Shown here: positions 39,087-48,682 of the stretch, one piece after another
Position numbering within the stretch: position 1 is the stretch's first letter
Layout of the letters: each line of letters opens with the position of its first letter
Source of the DNA: Chitinophaga pinensis
Lineage (GTDB): Bacteria; Bacteroidota; Bacteroidia; Bacteroidales; GCA-2748055
Assembly: GCA_945863035.1 (NCBI GenBank)
Contig: CAMAZH010000006.1
Span: 2,264 to 66,263, forward strand
Length of the DNA: 64,000 nt
Direction: 5' to 3'
Notes under the pieces: model-generated
Told to the model about the DNA's origin: nothing
Seen by the model: only the letters and a program-made list of their open reading frames with translations
Databases searched by the model: none
Translations under genes and position numbers: made by a program

Positions 39087-40649
39087 TTATTTGATAGTTT
39101 GGATTGAGCCTTTGGGTAAATTAATCTTCTCCCCATTAATCCTGTATTCTATATCATTTTTATAGGTAATTGTCATTTCCAGGTTTCCCTGCTCATTGAA
39201 TTTCTTCCAATTCCTTTCCCGTACCCCACGGCGATAAAAGCGTTCTTCTTTAAGAATTCCGGATGGGTAATAGTATTTGTGCTTTCCTTCGGCAAGGTCC
39301 TGATTAAAATCCCCCGAAAACTGCAAAACCCCATCATTATAAAAATACTTCCAGATACCGCTTCGCAGACCCGACTGATAATTCCCTGTTTCACTATGAT
39401 CGTTAACCGTGTAGCTCCACTCCCCTTCCTTTTCACCGTTAATAAAATCACCTTTGGTTATGACTGTTCCAGAATCGGAATATTCGACCATGGGACCATC
39501 CTCACGACCATTGAAGTAGCTTTCCTCTCTCCACACTTCCCCGTTGGGATAATACCATGTCCACTGACCATCATAAAGTCCAGTGAGAAAATTGCCTTCT
39601 TGTTCCTTGCTTCCATTTTTATAATAAAACACCCAGCTTCCTGCTTGCCTATTATCCCGATAACTTCCAACCGCTTTGAGTTCACCGCTGATATAATATT
39701 CCTTCCATGCTCCTTCCTTACTTCCTGTCTCATCAATTTTTCCCTCTGATATGCAATTGGACTTATCATCGAAAATTTTTGCACTTACAACTTTTCCATC
39801 AGCATTATAAAAACGGTGCATGCCAACAGGCTTATCCTCTTGGTAACCACCTGAGGAAACAAGCTTTCCGTTATCATCATAAATTCTTCTGAAATCGAGT
39901 TTTTCCAAATCAATAAATTCCTGTTTGCTTTCGATAATTTTATTATCCAGGTATTTAAAACTAAGAATCAAATTTCCGCCTTCATTAAACTCCTTATACA
40001 AACCGTTCAATTGATCATTCTTATAACTCATTTCTTTTTGGACTTTTCCGTCGGGATAGAACAGTTTCCAAGTCCCCTGCTTAAGCCCCTGTTGATCGGT
40101 TATGTTAATTTTCTCACGGGAAATAAGATAATTGTTATTGTATTCCAGAAGAGTTGTAACCATTTCATTCTGATCATATTCTTTTCCCGGACCTTGTTTT
40201 TTACCGTTTATGTAATTTATTTCCTCTTTTAGTTTTCCATCGGGATAATAATAATACGCCCTACCCTCCTTTTTATCGTTCACATAAAGTTCTTTACTGA
40301 TCAATATGGGTTGGAAACTTTTTTCATAACTGTATTTGAAGCTATAGCCATTTTTTTTACCGTATTTATAGTTGATTTTTTCCTCTAACTCACCCTTGTC
40401 GCTGTAAAAGGTCCAAGTGCTATCGAGAAGAAAATCTGTACGGAGTCCTTCTGATTTGAGAATTCCCGAAACGTTGTAGGTTTTCCAGAATCCATCCGGT
40501 TTTCCATTGCGGATCATCCCTTCGCTGGAAATTTGCTTATTAGGATAATAAAAGCGAGTAAAACCATCTTTTACCGTTTCCTGAGATTTGAGATCAGGAA
40601 AAAGTAAAAGGAGTGAAAGAAGGCAAAGAATTAAATGTAATTGTCTCAT
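39087..40649 (-). CDS. secreted MORN-variant / YwqK-like repeat protein
   Basis: 520 aa. Signal peptide, then about 20 repeats of G.W..YY.NG....E..Y..G...G. Confidence 0.75.
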   Translation of the reverse strand: MRQLHLILCLLSLLLLFPDLKSQETVKDGFTRFYYPNKQISSEGMIRNGKPDGFWKTYNVSGILKSEGLRTDFLLDSTWTFYSDKGELEEKINYKYGKKNGYSFKYSYEKSFQPILISKELYVNDKKEGRAYYYYPDGKLKEEINYINGKKQGPGKEYDQNEMVTTLLEYNNNYLISREKINITDQQGLKQGTWKLFYPDGKVQKEMSYKNDQLNGLYKEFNEGGNLILSFKYLDNKIIESKQEFIDLEKLDFRRIYDDNGKLVSSGGYQEDKPVGMHRFYNADGKVVSAKIFDDKSNCISEGKIDETGSKEGAWKEYYISGELKAVGSYRDNRQAGSWVFYYKNGSKEQEGNFLTGLYDGQWTWYYPNGEVWREESYFNGREDGPMVEYSDSGTVITKGDFINGEKEGEWSYTVNDHSETGNYQSGLRSGIWKYFYNDGVLQFSGDFNQDLAEGKHKYYYPSGILKEERFYRRGVRERNWKKFNEQGNLEMTITYKNDIEYRINGEKINLPKGSIQTIK

Positions 40650-40655
40650 TACTTA

Positions 40656-41660
40656 TTAAAGTCCTAATTTTGCGGATATTTCAAGCATTCTTCGAATAGG
40701 AATTTCGGCCTTTACCCGGATTTCTTCCTTCAAAGTTACCTCTGGCAATTCAAATTTTAAAGTATTATATAGTTTTTTTATGGTAATCAATTTCATAAAC
40801 ACGCAATCGTTGCAGGCACAGGTAGAATCATCAGGGGGAGCAGGGATGAAAAGTTTATTGGGGTTGGTTTTCTGCATTTGGTGAATAATACCAAATTCTG
40901 TAGCCACAATATAGATATTGGAATTGTCTTTTATTGTATAGTTTAAAAGAGCAGAGGTTGAACCGATATAATCGGCCACAATAAGAACGGTTTGCTCGCA
41001 TTCAGGGTGGGCAATAATTTTCGCTGTAGGATACTGTTTTTTAAGATCAAGAATTCTTTGAAGCGAGAAACGCTCATGTACATGGCAAGCTCCATCCCAA
41101 ATAACCATATTTTGTTTTCCGGTTTTGCTCTTTATATAATTTCCAAGGTTTTTATCCGGAGCAAATATCACATTTTCCTCCATTGGCAAACTGTTAACAA
41201 TTTCGAAAGCATTGGAGGAAGTGCAGGTAATGTCGGAAAGAGCTTTAATTTCAGCTGTGGTATTCACATACGAAATTACAGTATAACCCGGATATTTTCT
41301 TTTGAATTCTGCGAATTTATCCGGTGGACATGAATCAGCCAGTGAACAACCAGCGTTTGTGTCGGGAATGAGAACTTTTTTTTGCGGTGACAGAATTTTT
41401 GCGGTTTCCGCCATAAAATGAACGCCGGCAAAGAGAATAATATCGGCCGAAGTACTTGCAGCCTGTTGGGAAAGAGCCAAACTGTCACCAACAAAATCCG
41501 CAATATCCTGAATTTCAGGCTCCTGATAATAGTGAGCCAGAATGATTGCATTTTTTTCTTTTCTCAGCCTGTTGATTTCAGAATGAAGGTCAATCGACTT
41601 GTCTATTTCAATATCCACAAATCCCTTTTTGATCAGTTCAGCCTTATTAACATTAACCAT
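40656..41660 (-). CDS. nadA: quinolinate synthase
   Basis: 334 aa. ILAHYYQ, VHFMAET and three-domain NadA layout with conserved Cys ([22 protein letters not shown]). Confidence 0.92.
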   Translation of the reverse strand: MVNVNKAELIKKGFVDIEIDKSIDLHSEINRLRKEKNAIILAHYYQEPEIQDIADFVGDSLALSQQAASTSADIILFAGVHFMAETAKILSPQKKVLIPDTNAGCSLADSCPPDKFAEFKRKYPGYTVISYVNTTAEIKALSDITCTSSNAFEIVNSLPMEENVIFAPDKNLGNYIKSKTGKQNMVIWDGACHVHERFSLQRILDLKKQYPTAKIIAHPECEQTVLIVADYIGSTSALLNYTIKDNSNIYIVATEFGIIHQMQKTNPNKLFIPAPPDDSTCACNDCVFMKLITIKKLYNTLKFELPEVTLKEEIRVKAEIPIRRMLEISAKLGL

Positions 41661-42113
41661 TCCTATTATTATTATATAATTTAAATTTTAAAATATTATA
41701 TGATGATGATGTTAGTCCGTTAATAGTGTTCAAAATTATTTTCAATTCCTTTGGCAAGTTTACTTATAAAATTTTCAAAACATGATATTAACATAAGAAT
41801 TCATCAACGCATCTTGTAAATCAAACAATTCCAAAGTAATTAACAAGCTGTTGATAGCGTAAATTTCTCACAAATATTGTTATTTCCCAGCATAAAAATC
41901 GGTTAAAAAATTGTTGGTTTTTGTACTAAAAACCACTGCTTATTTTTTTTGATATCATGATAATTTTATTACCGCTAAACGTTTTTGCTTTTTCAAATTA
42001 TTTAACGCTTTTTAGTCTCGCTTTATTAAACAATTTATCAACCGAATAGTTAATAAACCACATTTAAACCAAGTTGGTATATAAAAACAGTTTCAGGTAT
42101 TAAAATATTTAAG

Positions 42114-42121
42114 TATTTTTG
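42114..42121 (+). promoter_or_regulatory. -7 promoter box TATTTTTG
   Basis: Exact TAnnTTTG 16 nt upstream of the rpiB ATG at 42138. Confidence 0.45.
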
Positions 42122-42137
42122 GGGATAATTGTATTTT

Positions 42138-42581
42138 ATGGACGAAATAAGAATAGCAATAGCGGCCGATCACGCCGGTTTTGAATTGAAAGCCGAAATC
42201 ATGCATTTTCTTCTTAACAAGGGAATAAAGGTAAAGGATTTTGGAACATACAGTGCCGACTCGGTCGATTATGCCGATTTTGCCCACCCGATGGCTGAGG
42301 CCGTTGAAAAAGGCGATTTTCTTTACGGAATATCGATATGTGGTAGCGGAAATGGCATCAACATGACTGTAAACAAGCATCAGGGAATACGTTCTGCGAT
42401 TTGTTGGAACGAGGAAATTGCAATGCTTGCCCGTTCGCACAACGATGCCAACATTTGTGCCTTGCCCGCTCGATTCATTAAAAAGGACGAGGCGTTAATG
42501 ATCTTGGAGGTTTTTCTATCAACCGGGTTTGAGGGTGGACGACATACTCAAAGAATACAGAAGATCCCTCTAAAACATTAG
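42138..42581 (+). CDS. rpiB: ribose 5-phosphate isomerase B
   Basis: IAIAADHAGFELK and CGSGNGI motifs. Start moved from the TTG at 42129 to the ATG at 42138. Confidence 0.9.
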   Translation: MDEIRIAIAADHAGFELKAEIMHFLLNKGIKVKDFGTYSADSVDYADFAHPMAEAVEKGDFLYGISICGSGNGINMTVNKHQGIRSAICWNEEIAMLARSHNDANICALPARFIKKDEALMILEVFLSTGFEGGRHTQRIQKIPLKH

Positions 42582-42583
42582 TC

Positions 42584-43018
42584 ATGCTGTCAAACACTTG
42601 TAAATACGGAATTCGTGCGGTCCTTTATCTTGCAGTAAATTCGAGGGAGGGACAAAAAATTGGTATTAAACAGATATCGAAGGATTTGGAAATACCCACG
42701 CCATTTCTCGGGAAAATTCTTCAGTCGCTTGCTAAACATCACCTTCTCTCCTCAACCAAAGGTCCTAATGGAGGGTTTGGCCTAGGGAAAAAGCCACAGG
42801 ATATTTTGCTGATGGATATTGTTGAGATTATTGATGGGATGGACAGCTTCCACAAATGTGTTATTGGCCTAAAGTATTGCTCGGAACAGGAAAATCCGTG
42901 TGCACTGCACTCCCGTTATGCCTCCTTGAGGGAAGAAATACGGAAAATCTTTGAAGTGGAAACTATTGAGCAGCTTGTGAAGGACGTGGCGGTTGGCAAG
43001 CACGGGTTTATTATTTAA
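42584..43018 (+). CDS. Rrf2 family transcriptional regulator
   Basis: 144 aa. CKYGIRAVLYLA... winged HTH. Cys residues at C..C.....C (CVIGLKYCSEQENPC) suggest a cluster-ligand region. Confidence 0.85.
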   Translation: MLSNTCKYGIRAVLYLAVNSREGQKIGIKQISKDLEIPTPFLGKILQSLAKHHLLSSTKGPNGGFGLGKKPQDILLMDIVEIIDGMDSFHKCVIGLKYCSEQENPCALHSRYASLREEIRKIFEVETIEQLVKDVAVGKHGFII

Positions 43019-43397
43019 ATTTTTTCAGAGCACCCCAGACCAACACGGCCAGTAGAACTCCAACGGCATTAAAAGCAAGGTCCGCAAAATCGCCCGATCT
43101 GGAATTCGTTAAGGTAGCTTGTAAAATTTCAAGTGATCCTCCGTAGAATACAGCAAGAATAGCAGCGAGAAGAATTATTCTAGCGTATGCCACTTCCGGT
43201 TTGGCTCTGATCATGTCGAAAATCAGCACAAATGTCAGGCTGAAATACATCCCGAGATGCACCAGCTTGTCGAAATTCGGCACGTCGAACCAGGTGATTT
43301 TTTCTACTTCATTCGATGGGAGGGTGCTTGCAATTAATATCAAAACCAATATGGCCATTGACCTGTAATAGTTATGGAGAAAAATTAGTAAGGGCAT
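43011..43397 (-). CDS. VanZ family membrane protein
   Basis: 128 aa, 4 TM helices, FDKLVHLGMYF motif. Confidence 0.7.
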   Translation of the reverse strand: MPLLIFLHNYYRSMAILVLILIASTLPSNEVEKITWFDVPNFDKLVHLGMYFSLTFVLIFDMIRAKPEVAYARIILLAAILAVFYGGSLEILQATLTNSRSGDFADLAFNAVGVLLAVLVWGALKKFK

Positions 43398-43426
43398 TCT
43401 GGCTGTTTTTGTTTAAGAATATTGTG

Positions 43427-43434
43427 CAAAGATA
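43427..43434 (-). promoter_or_regulatory. -7 promoter box TATCTTTG (minus strand)
   Basis: The reverse complement of CAAAGATA, 30 nt upstream of the VanZ ATG. Confidence 0.4.
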
Positions 43435-43524
43435 TAGTTAGACCAGAAATAAAACAATTCACTCCCATAATGGTTTCGCATTTTCGAAGAATTGATGTTA
43501 ATCACTAATTTGTAAGCTTTTACT

Positions 43525-44649
43525 ATGGCCGGAATTTACATACATATTCCTTATTGCAGACAGGCATGCCGATACTGTGATTTTCATTTTGTGGTCTCTG
43601 TATGGCAAAAGAAAGAACTCATCCCCTTTTTGCTGCGGGAAACAGAAGAGAGGAAGGATTATCTGGAGGGTGAGGTCATTGACACGATTTATTTCGGGGG
43701 AGGTACCCCGTCGGTCCTTGAGGTAAAGGAGATAGTAAGCATTTTGAATAGTATTTACCGGAATTATCCTGTTTCACAAGAGGTAGAGTTGAGTCTTGAG
43801 GCTAATCCGGAAGACCTGAAGCCGGAATACCTTAGTGACTTGAGAAAGGCCGGTGTCAACCGCTTGAGCATAGGCATTCAGTCGTTTCAGGATTCGGATC
43901 TGGAGCTTATGCACCGGATACACAATGGCGAGCAGGCAACAGAGGCCGTTAAAAATGCCCAGTTGGCAGGCTTTGATAATATCAGTATCGATTTGATTTA
44001 CGGATTACCCCGCCAGGAAAAAGACTTTTGGCAAAGAAATCTGGACAAGGCCCTATCATTGGGCATCCAGCATTTTTCCGCCTACCATCTCACTTACGAG
44101 TCGGGCACGGTGTTCGATCACTGGAGAAAAAAGGGCAGAATAGCCCTCATTCCCGAAGAGGACAGTCTGAAACAGTTCAAAATGCTTATAAATACAGCTA
44201 AACAACAGGGTTTTGAGCATTATGAGATTTCAAATTTTGCCCTTCCGGGTTTCCGGTCTAAACATAACAGCAGTTACTGGCAACAGAAAAAGTACCTGGG
44301 CATAGGCCCCTCCGCCCACTCCTATAACGGGGTAAGCCGGAGATGGAATTTCAACAACCATAAAAGGTACATCGATGGTATGGCTTCAGCTGAAGACTAT
44401 TTCGAGATCGAGATATTAAGCCTGGAAAATATTTATAATGAACATGTAATGACTTCGTTACGAACTTCAAAAGGCGTAAGTTTTCTGTATTTGAAAACCC
44501 GTTTCGGAAACCAGGGAGCTGAATATTTCAGAACGGGAATTGAAAAGTTTGTGAAAAGCGGTCACGTGAGCGTTGACAATGATATTTACAGTCTGACAGA
44601 GGAAGGTATTTTTATAGCCGACCACATAATTGAAGCGGTTTTTAGGTAG
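43525..44649 (+). CDS. hemW: radical SAM heme chaperone HemW (HemN-like, oxygen-independent coproporphyrinogen oxidase family)
   Basis: 374 aa. CRQACRYCDF (CxxxCxxC), GGGTPS, and HemN_C tail. Confidence 0.88.
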   Translation: MAGIYIHIPYCRQACRYCDFHFVVSVWQKKELIPFLLRETEERKDYLEGEVIDTIYFGGGTPSVLEVKEIVSILNSIYRNYPVSQEVELSLEANPEDLKPEYLSDLRKAGVNRLSIGIQSFQDSDLELMHRIHNGEQATEAVKNAQLAGFDNISIDLIYGLPRQEKDFWQRNLDKALSLGIQHFSAYHLTYESGTVFDHWRKKGRIALIPEEDSLKQFKMLINTAKQQGFEHYEISNFALPGFRSKHNSSYWQQKKYLGIGPSAHSYNGVSRRWNFNNHKRYIDGMASAEDYFEIEILSLENIYNEHVMTSLRTSKGVSFLYLKTRFGNQGAEYFRTGIEKFVKSGHVSVDNDIYSLTEEGIFIADHIIEAVFR

Positions 44650-44678
44650 CAAAGCAAGGAAACGATTGAAATAAGCCC

Positions 44679-44710
44679 AAAAAAAAGACGGGCTGCGGCC
44701 CGTCTTTTTT
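44679..44710. terminator. bidirectional intrinsic terminator
   Basis: A8-GACGGGC-TGCG-GCCCGTC-T6 lies between the convergent hemW (+) and coiled-coil protein (-) genes. Confidence 0.8.
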
Positions 44711-44728
44711 AACTATTAAGAGAGTTTT

Positions 44729-45616
44729 TTATCTCAGAAGAAACTCGGTGCTTCCAATGAGTTTGTTCTCACAGTAAAGTTCGCAGGTATAGTTACCTTT
44801 AACCAGATCGCCATTGTTATCCCAGAAGATTGAGACCGGCAGGTCGTTCTTTTCATAGTTTACCTCACGGCTTGCGCTATAAGGAATTTGCGAATTCTGG
44901 TATTCGATAACGCCTGCATTTTTTGCTCCCAACACAACTGCATCCGGCCGAACCAGTCGCAGATAAACAACTTTTGCTCCCGCATCGGCAACCGTATTTT
45001 TTCGAAGTGTGAAATCCACCCGTATTTTCGTCACCTTATCAATTTTGTCCTGTTCCTTGCTTCTCTTATTCAGTGCAACAGGGGTAATTCCTGCAGCGAT
45101 AAGGGTTTTGGCTTCGGATTTAATTGTGGTCAGCTCTTCTTTTTCCTGTTCCAGCATCTTGTTCTTCGTTTCAAGTTTTGCGTGCACGTTTTTCAAGTCC
45201 TTATTCTCAACCAAAAGGATTTGGTTGCGTGTGTTAAGGCTGTCGATTTGCACAATGTAACTTTTTAAAACGTCGCGAATTGTAAGGAGTTCCTTTTCAT
45301 ATCTCTTGATTTTTTCAGCATCGCTGATCCGCATGGTCAGGAGTTTCTTTATCTTTTCCTGTTGCTCCGTGATCTGCATATTCAGCGTATCATTGTTGGA
45401 TCTCAGCGCATCGTACTGTAGGATTATTTCGTTCAATTCGGTTTCCAGCGAGTCTTTCTTAACTTCCATTATTCCTGAATATTCCTGCAGCTGAGCGATA
45501 ACCGCGCGACTTTCCTTTCTCTGATCGAAATACAGAAACAGAACAACTATCAGGGCAACAGTCATTACAGCAAAGCCTGCTATTAGTAATGATGGGGATT
45601 CTTTCTTGTTTTCCAT
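44729..45616 (-). CDS. hypothetical membrane-anchored coiled-coil protein
   Basis: N-terminal TM helix (LLIAGFAVMTVALIVVLFLYF), about 150 aa of coiled coil, and a C-terminal beta-rich domain. Start moved to the ATG at 45614-45616 because the ORF-track TTG lies inside the -7 box. Confidence 0.6.
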   Translation of the reverse strand: MENKKESPSLLIAGFAVMTVALIVVLFLYFDQRKESRAVIAQLQEYSGIMEVKKDSLETELNEIILQYDALRSNNDTLNMQITEQQEKIKKLLTMRISDAEKIKRYEKELLTIRDVLKSYIVQIDSLNTRNQILLVENKDLKNVHAKLETKNKMLEQEKEELTTIKSEAKTLIAAGITPVALNKRSKEQDKIDKVTKIRVDFTLRKNTVADAGAKVVYLRLVRPDAVVLGAKNAGVIEYQNSQIPYSASREVNYEKNDLPVSIFWDNNGDLVKGNYTCELYCENKLIGSTEFLLR

Positions 45617-45637
45617 GGTATAGATATTTTTAAAATA

Positions 45638-45645
45638 CAAAGATA
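45638..45645 (-). promoter_or_regulatory. -7 promoter box TATCTTTG (minus strand)
   Basis: The reverse complement of CAAAGATA, 22 nt upstream of the ATG at 45616. Confidence 0.45.
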
Positions 45646-45693
45646 ATCAATGAGATATTAACGATAAAGAAAAGTTATTATTATCAATGGCAT

Positions 45694-46293
45694 TTATTCT
45701 AAATCTCCTATGCTGATAATATTATTCAAAATGGCATAAACAGTTAATCCGGAAATGGTTTTGATGCCAAGCTTGTTTGTGATGTTTTTGCGGTGCGTGA
45801 TCACTGTATGGGCGGAAAGAAAGAGTTTTTCTGCTATTTCCTTATTGGTAAGACCCTTAGCTACGTGTTTTAGGATTGTTTTTTCACGTTCGCTGAGCTC
45901 GGTCTGCTGACTTAGTTTGTGACGGCTGTCAACTTTTTCACGAATAAGGTTTTGAAGTTTATTGTAAATATCATCCCGCTCGTCAAGAGTACTGATTATT
46001 TCCCGTAAACCGGGATACCTTTCCTTGTTAGCGCCATTGCCCGAGTCGATGCCGATTCCGGATTGCTCTAAGTCGGCTTTGATTTCCGTGTTTCTGAAGG
46101 TTCCAATCTCATTGAGAATACCAATGTTCAAAACGATGAAATCGGGAGTGTATTTGAGCAGAACGGAGTTTATTTCATCAAGGTTTTCAAGTTCTTTAAC
46201 CACGGTGGCGTGCTCAATGCGGTTTATTATTGAAGCGATACCTTTCCGTATCAGGTAGGACTTTTCGATGATAACGAATTTTATCCTTTCCAT
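45694..46293 (-). CDS. LuxR-family HTH regulator with degenerate (pseudo-)receiver N-terminus
   Basis: C-terminal LSEREKTILKHVAKGLTNKEIAEKLFLSAHTVITHRKNI is a GerE/LuxR HTH. In the N-terminal receiver-like beta1-beta3, EK replaces the acidic pair and N replaces the phospho-acceptor Asp (PDFIVLNIG). Confidence 0.8.
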   Translation of the reverse strand: MERIKFVIIEKSYLIRKGIASIINRIEHATVVKELENLDEINSVLLKYTPDFIVLNIGILNEIGTFRNTEIKADLEQSGIGIDSGNGANKERYPGLREIISTLDERDDIYNKLQNLIREKVDSRHKLSQQTELSEREKTILKHVAKGLTNKEIAEKLFLSAHTVITHRKNITNKLGIKTISGLTVYAILNNIISIGDLE

Positions 46294-46295
46294 GG

Positions 46296-47030
46296 TCAGG
46301 CTTTGTAATGGGCAAGCAGTTTTTCTTCCATGGCAGCCACTTTTGGAATCAAGACCTTGTCTTCAAGGTTTGCGTGGGCATTCAGATCCTTCTCAAGCCT
46401 GAAAAGCTCAATGAGAATGCTGTTGCACAGGCCGGAAGAGCTGCAGGGAGGAAGATATTTGATAATAATGTTTTTCAGATCGAAGAGTTTCTCTTCCACA
46501 TTATCATGCTCTGAGGCGAAGTCATTTATCGAATACTTTCTGATTTTCGAATATAGCTCTTTGCTTATCTCGTTCCTGAGAGCCGCCGCCTCGATCTCAA
46601 GAACATAAGGGTGCACATTGGTCTCTTCCCGGTTAATATGGTTCGTAAGTTCTTGCTTGTATTCGGTGAAAAAGTTCTCCACCAGGCTGAACTTGTCGTT
46701 AATTGTTTTCTCCGTATTCACAACGCTTTGGATATTTCTTTCGATTTCCGGGATTTTTTCCTCCAGATAATATTGGTGTGTTTTTTTAAGATACTGAACA
46801 ATAAGCGAAACCGGGAAGGTGTTGAGTTCTTTCTGGGGGATGTAATCCTCGTCGACATAAGAATTTGTAATTTCCAGGAAGAAGTCGATGTTAACATCCG
46901 AGTTGCGACAAACTTCGGAGACCGTTTTGTCGCCAAAACCAAGCCTTATGTTAAACCGGGAAACAACGGGCAACAGCGTGTAGTTGTGAAAAAGCACGTC
47001 TGCCATCTTCATGTCGGGAGTGATATTCAT
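46296..47030 (-). CDS. hemerythrin-like di-iron protein related to RIC/YtfE/ScdA
   Basis: 244 aa. Four H/E-containing helices align by eye with E. coli YtfE (HQYYLEEKIPE, HINREETNVHPYV, SEHDNVEE, HANLEDKVLIP). The N-terminal domain lacks the CC motif of ScdA_N. Confidence 0.65.
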   Translation of the reverse strand: MNITPDMKMADVLFHNYTLLPVVSRFNIRLGFGDKTVSEVCRNSDVNIDFFLEITNSYVDEDYIPQKELNTFPVSLIVQYLKKTHQYYLEEKIPEIERNIQSVVNTEKTINDKFSLVENFFTEYKQELTNHINREETNVHPYVLEIEAAALRNEISKELYSKIRKYSINDFASEHDNVEEKLFDLKNIIIKYLPPCSSSGLCNSILIELFRLEKDLNAHANLEDKVLIPKVAAMEEKLLAHYKA

Positions 47031-47105
47031 GTTTTTTTACCGGGATTTTGAAAGTAATGTGCAGTAAAATTATGAATAAGTTTAGAATTATTCCAAATAA
47101 AAGAA

Positions 47106-48041
47106 CTATTCTCTGGTTAATCCCTCCACATCACCCTCTTTAAGACCGAATTTTTCATTTAGCTCTTCGTTTCCGTAGGGTTCAATATGAACAACGATGT
47201 CGTAAACATTTGGCAGGCTTTCCTTAATAATGTTTTCCACCTTACGGGCAATCTCATGGGCGTCGGTAACGGTGATATTCGGATCCACCTCCACATCCAT
47301 GGAGATCATGTTCAGATTACCAATTTTCCTAACGCGCACGCGGTGAGGATTTCTGGCACCATCAACAAGTTTAACCGCACGGAAAAGCTCGCAATACAGG
47401 ATGGGATCTTTCATTCCGTCCATCAGTTCTGTGTTGGATTGAAAGAAGATCTGCAAGCCAACTTTCATTATAAAAAGACTTACTATCAGCGCGGTAACCG
47501 AATCCAGGATCGGCATTTTAAGAACGAAGGTGAATATTAACCCCACCAGAACCGCCAGCGATATCAGAACATCATTCTGCATGTTTTTCGCATTTGCCAG
47601 CAGCATGGAACTGGACACCGATTTACCGGTACGGTGCAGGTAGTAAGAAAGACCGAGTTTACCGAAAATCGACAGCAATGTCACATAAATCGCAAGCATC
47701 TCTGGAGGGTCTGCAATCTGCGGGTGAAGAAGCCGTCCAACTGTGGAAATCGCAAGTTGGGCTCCCGCGAAAAAAATCACAAACGAAAGGGCTTTGGTCG
47801 CCAGGGTGTCGGCTTTTTCATAGCCGTAAGGATATTGGATGTTTGGCGGTTTGGAAAGTAGCTTGGCGGTGAAAAGAGTGATAACCGAGGTTGCAATATC
47901 GCTTGTTGAATCAATACCATCGGCAATTACCGCAAGACTGCCTGAAACTATTCCCAAAGAGACTTTCATTATTGCAAGCACAGCGTTGCCAAGAATGCCG
48001 ACCCATGAGGCCAGAATCAGGGTTTTTTGTCTTTCGTTCAT
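47106..48041 (-). CDS. cation diffusion facilitator (CDF) transporter, FieF/MamB-like
   Basis: Start moved to the ATG at 48039-48041. SLAVIADGIDSTSD TM2 metal-site motif and a C-terminal cytoplasmic domain. Confidence 0.85.
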   Translation of the reverse strand: MNERQKTLILASWVGILGNAVLAIMKVSLGIVSGSLAVIADGIDSTSDIATSVITLFTAKLLSKPPNIQYPYGYEKADTLATKALSFVIFFAGAQLAISTVGRLLHPQIADPPEMLAIYVTLLSIFGKLGLSYYLHRTGKSVSSSMLLANAKNMQNDVLISLAVLVGLIFTFVLKMPILDSVTALIVSLFIMKVGLQIFFQSNTELMDGMKDPILYCELFRAVKLVDGARNPHRVRVRKIGNLNMISMDVEVDPNITVTDAHEIARKVENIIKESLPNVYDIVVHIEPYGNEELNEKFGLKEGDVEGLTRE

Positions 48042-48057
48042 AGGAAGATTTGTTGGC

Positions 48058-48065
48058 CAAATGTA
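48058..48065 (-). promoter_or_regulatory. -7 promoter box TACATTTG (minus strand)
   Basis: The reverse complement of CAAATGTA, 17 nt upstream of the CDF ATG. Confidence 0.45.
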
Positions 48066-48097
48066 AACGAAATTTGTTAGTTGGCGACCCAAAGTTA

Positions 48098-48139
48098 CGT
48101 TAAACAAAAGTTAATCAGCTAATTTTTCTTGTTTTAACG
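48098..48139. promoter_or_regulatory. imperfect inverted repeat in the divergent promoter region
   Basis: CGTTAAACAAAAG...CTTGTTTTAACG (7 bp, a bulge, then 3 bp) lies between the two -7 boxes at 48058 and 48152. Confidence 0.25.
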
Positions 48140-48151
48140 GGCTTAAGAATT

Positions 48152-48159
48152 TATATTTG
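48152..48159 (+). promoter_or_regulatory. -7 promoter box TATATTTG
   Basis: Exact TAnnTTTG. The ORF-track TTG start at 48157 is part of this box. The ATG at 48166 follows 6 nt later, giving a very short leader. Confidence 0.4.
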
Positions 48160-48165
48160 ACCCGG

Positions 48166-48630
48166 ATGAAAACTGTAAAACTCATACTATCAGCGTTAAT
48201 CCTTGCTGCGATGTTCTTTTCCTTTACGGGGAAAGTGTTGCATGTGCATTATTGTTCCAGTTCCAATGCCTACTCGCTCGATTTCCACCGCTCTTCCGAT
48301 ACCGATTGTTCTCCAACGAATTGCCTTTGCCATGTTTCGGGGGAGGAGAACGAAACAGCCCATTCAAGCAAATCCTGTTGCAGCTGTAAATCGGAAGACA
48401 GTCGAGAGGGTACGTGCTGCATCGATTTAAACACCAGTCCGGATCCGGATACCTTCTACAGCTCTGTTCTTGTCAGTCTGGATTTGAAACCCACGGTGCT
48501 GGATATTTTTAATTTCTCTTTATCTTTTGCTTCCACAACTCGATTGACCCCTCTTTTTTCTTACGATTTCCATAAAATCAGAGACCATTCTCCCCCGGAA
48601 ATTATAACTACCCAAATACTTCTGATTTGA
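48166..48630 (+). CDS. small Cys/His-rich membrane-anchored protein (resembles what I recall as the 'HYC_CC_PP' family)
   Basis: N-terminal TM/signal segment; motifs VHYC, SCCSC, TCC and SPPE; 9 Cys within residues 25-90, then a Cys-free C-terminal half. The family name is recalled from memory and not verified. Confidence 0.6.
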   Translation: MKTVKLILSALILAAMFFSFTGKVLHVHYCSSSNAYSLDFHRSSDTDCSPTNCLCHVSGEENETAHSSKSCCSCKSEDSREGTCCIDLNTSPDPDTFYSSVLVSLDLKPTVLDIFNFSLSFASTTRLTPLFSYDFHKIRDHSPPEIITTQILLI

Positions 48631-48682
48631 GATGTCTTCTTTGTAAAGTATTGTGTTAAAACTTTTTAAAACAAAGAAGCAT

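Noticed and set aside
39087-40649. YwqK-type 'antitoxin' reading, implying a toxin-antitoxin system
   Set aside because: The protein has a signal peptide, is 520 aa of repeats, and has no adjacent toxin candidate. Its neighbours are nadA and ruvB.
42093-42440. 115-aa minus-strand ORF overlapping rpiB
   Set aside because: It lies antisense to a gene with clear RpiB motifs and has no family features.
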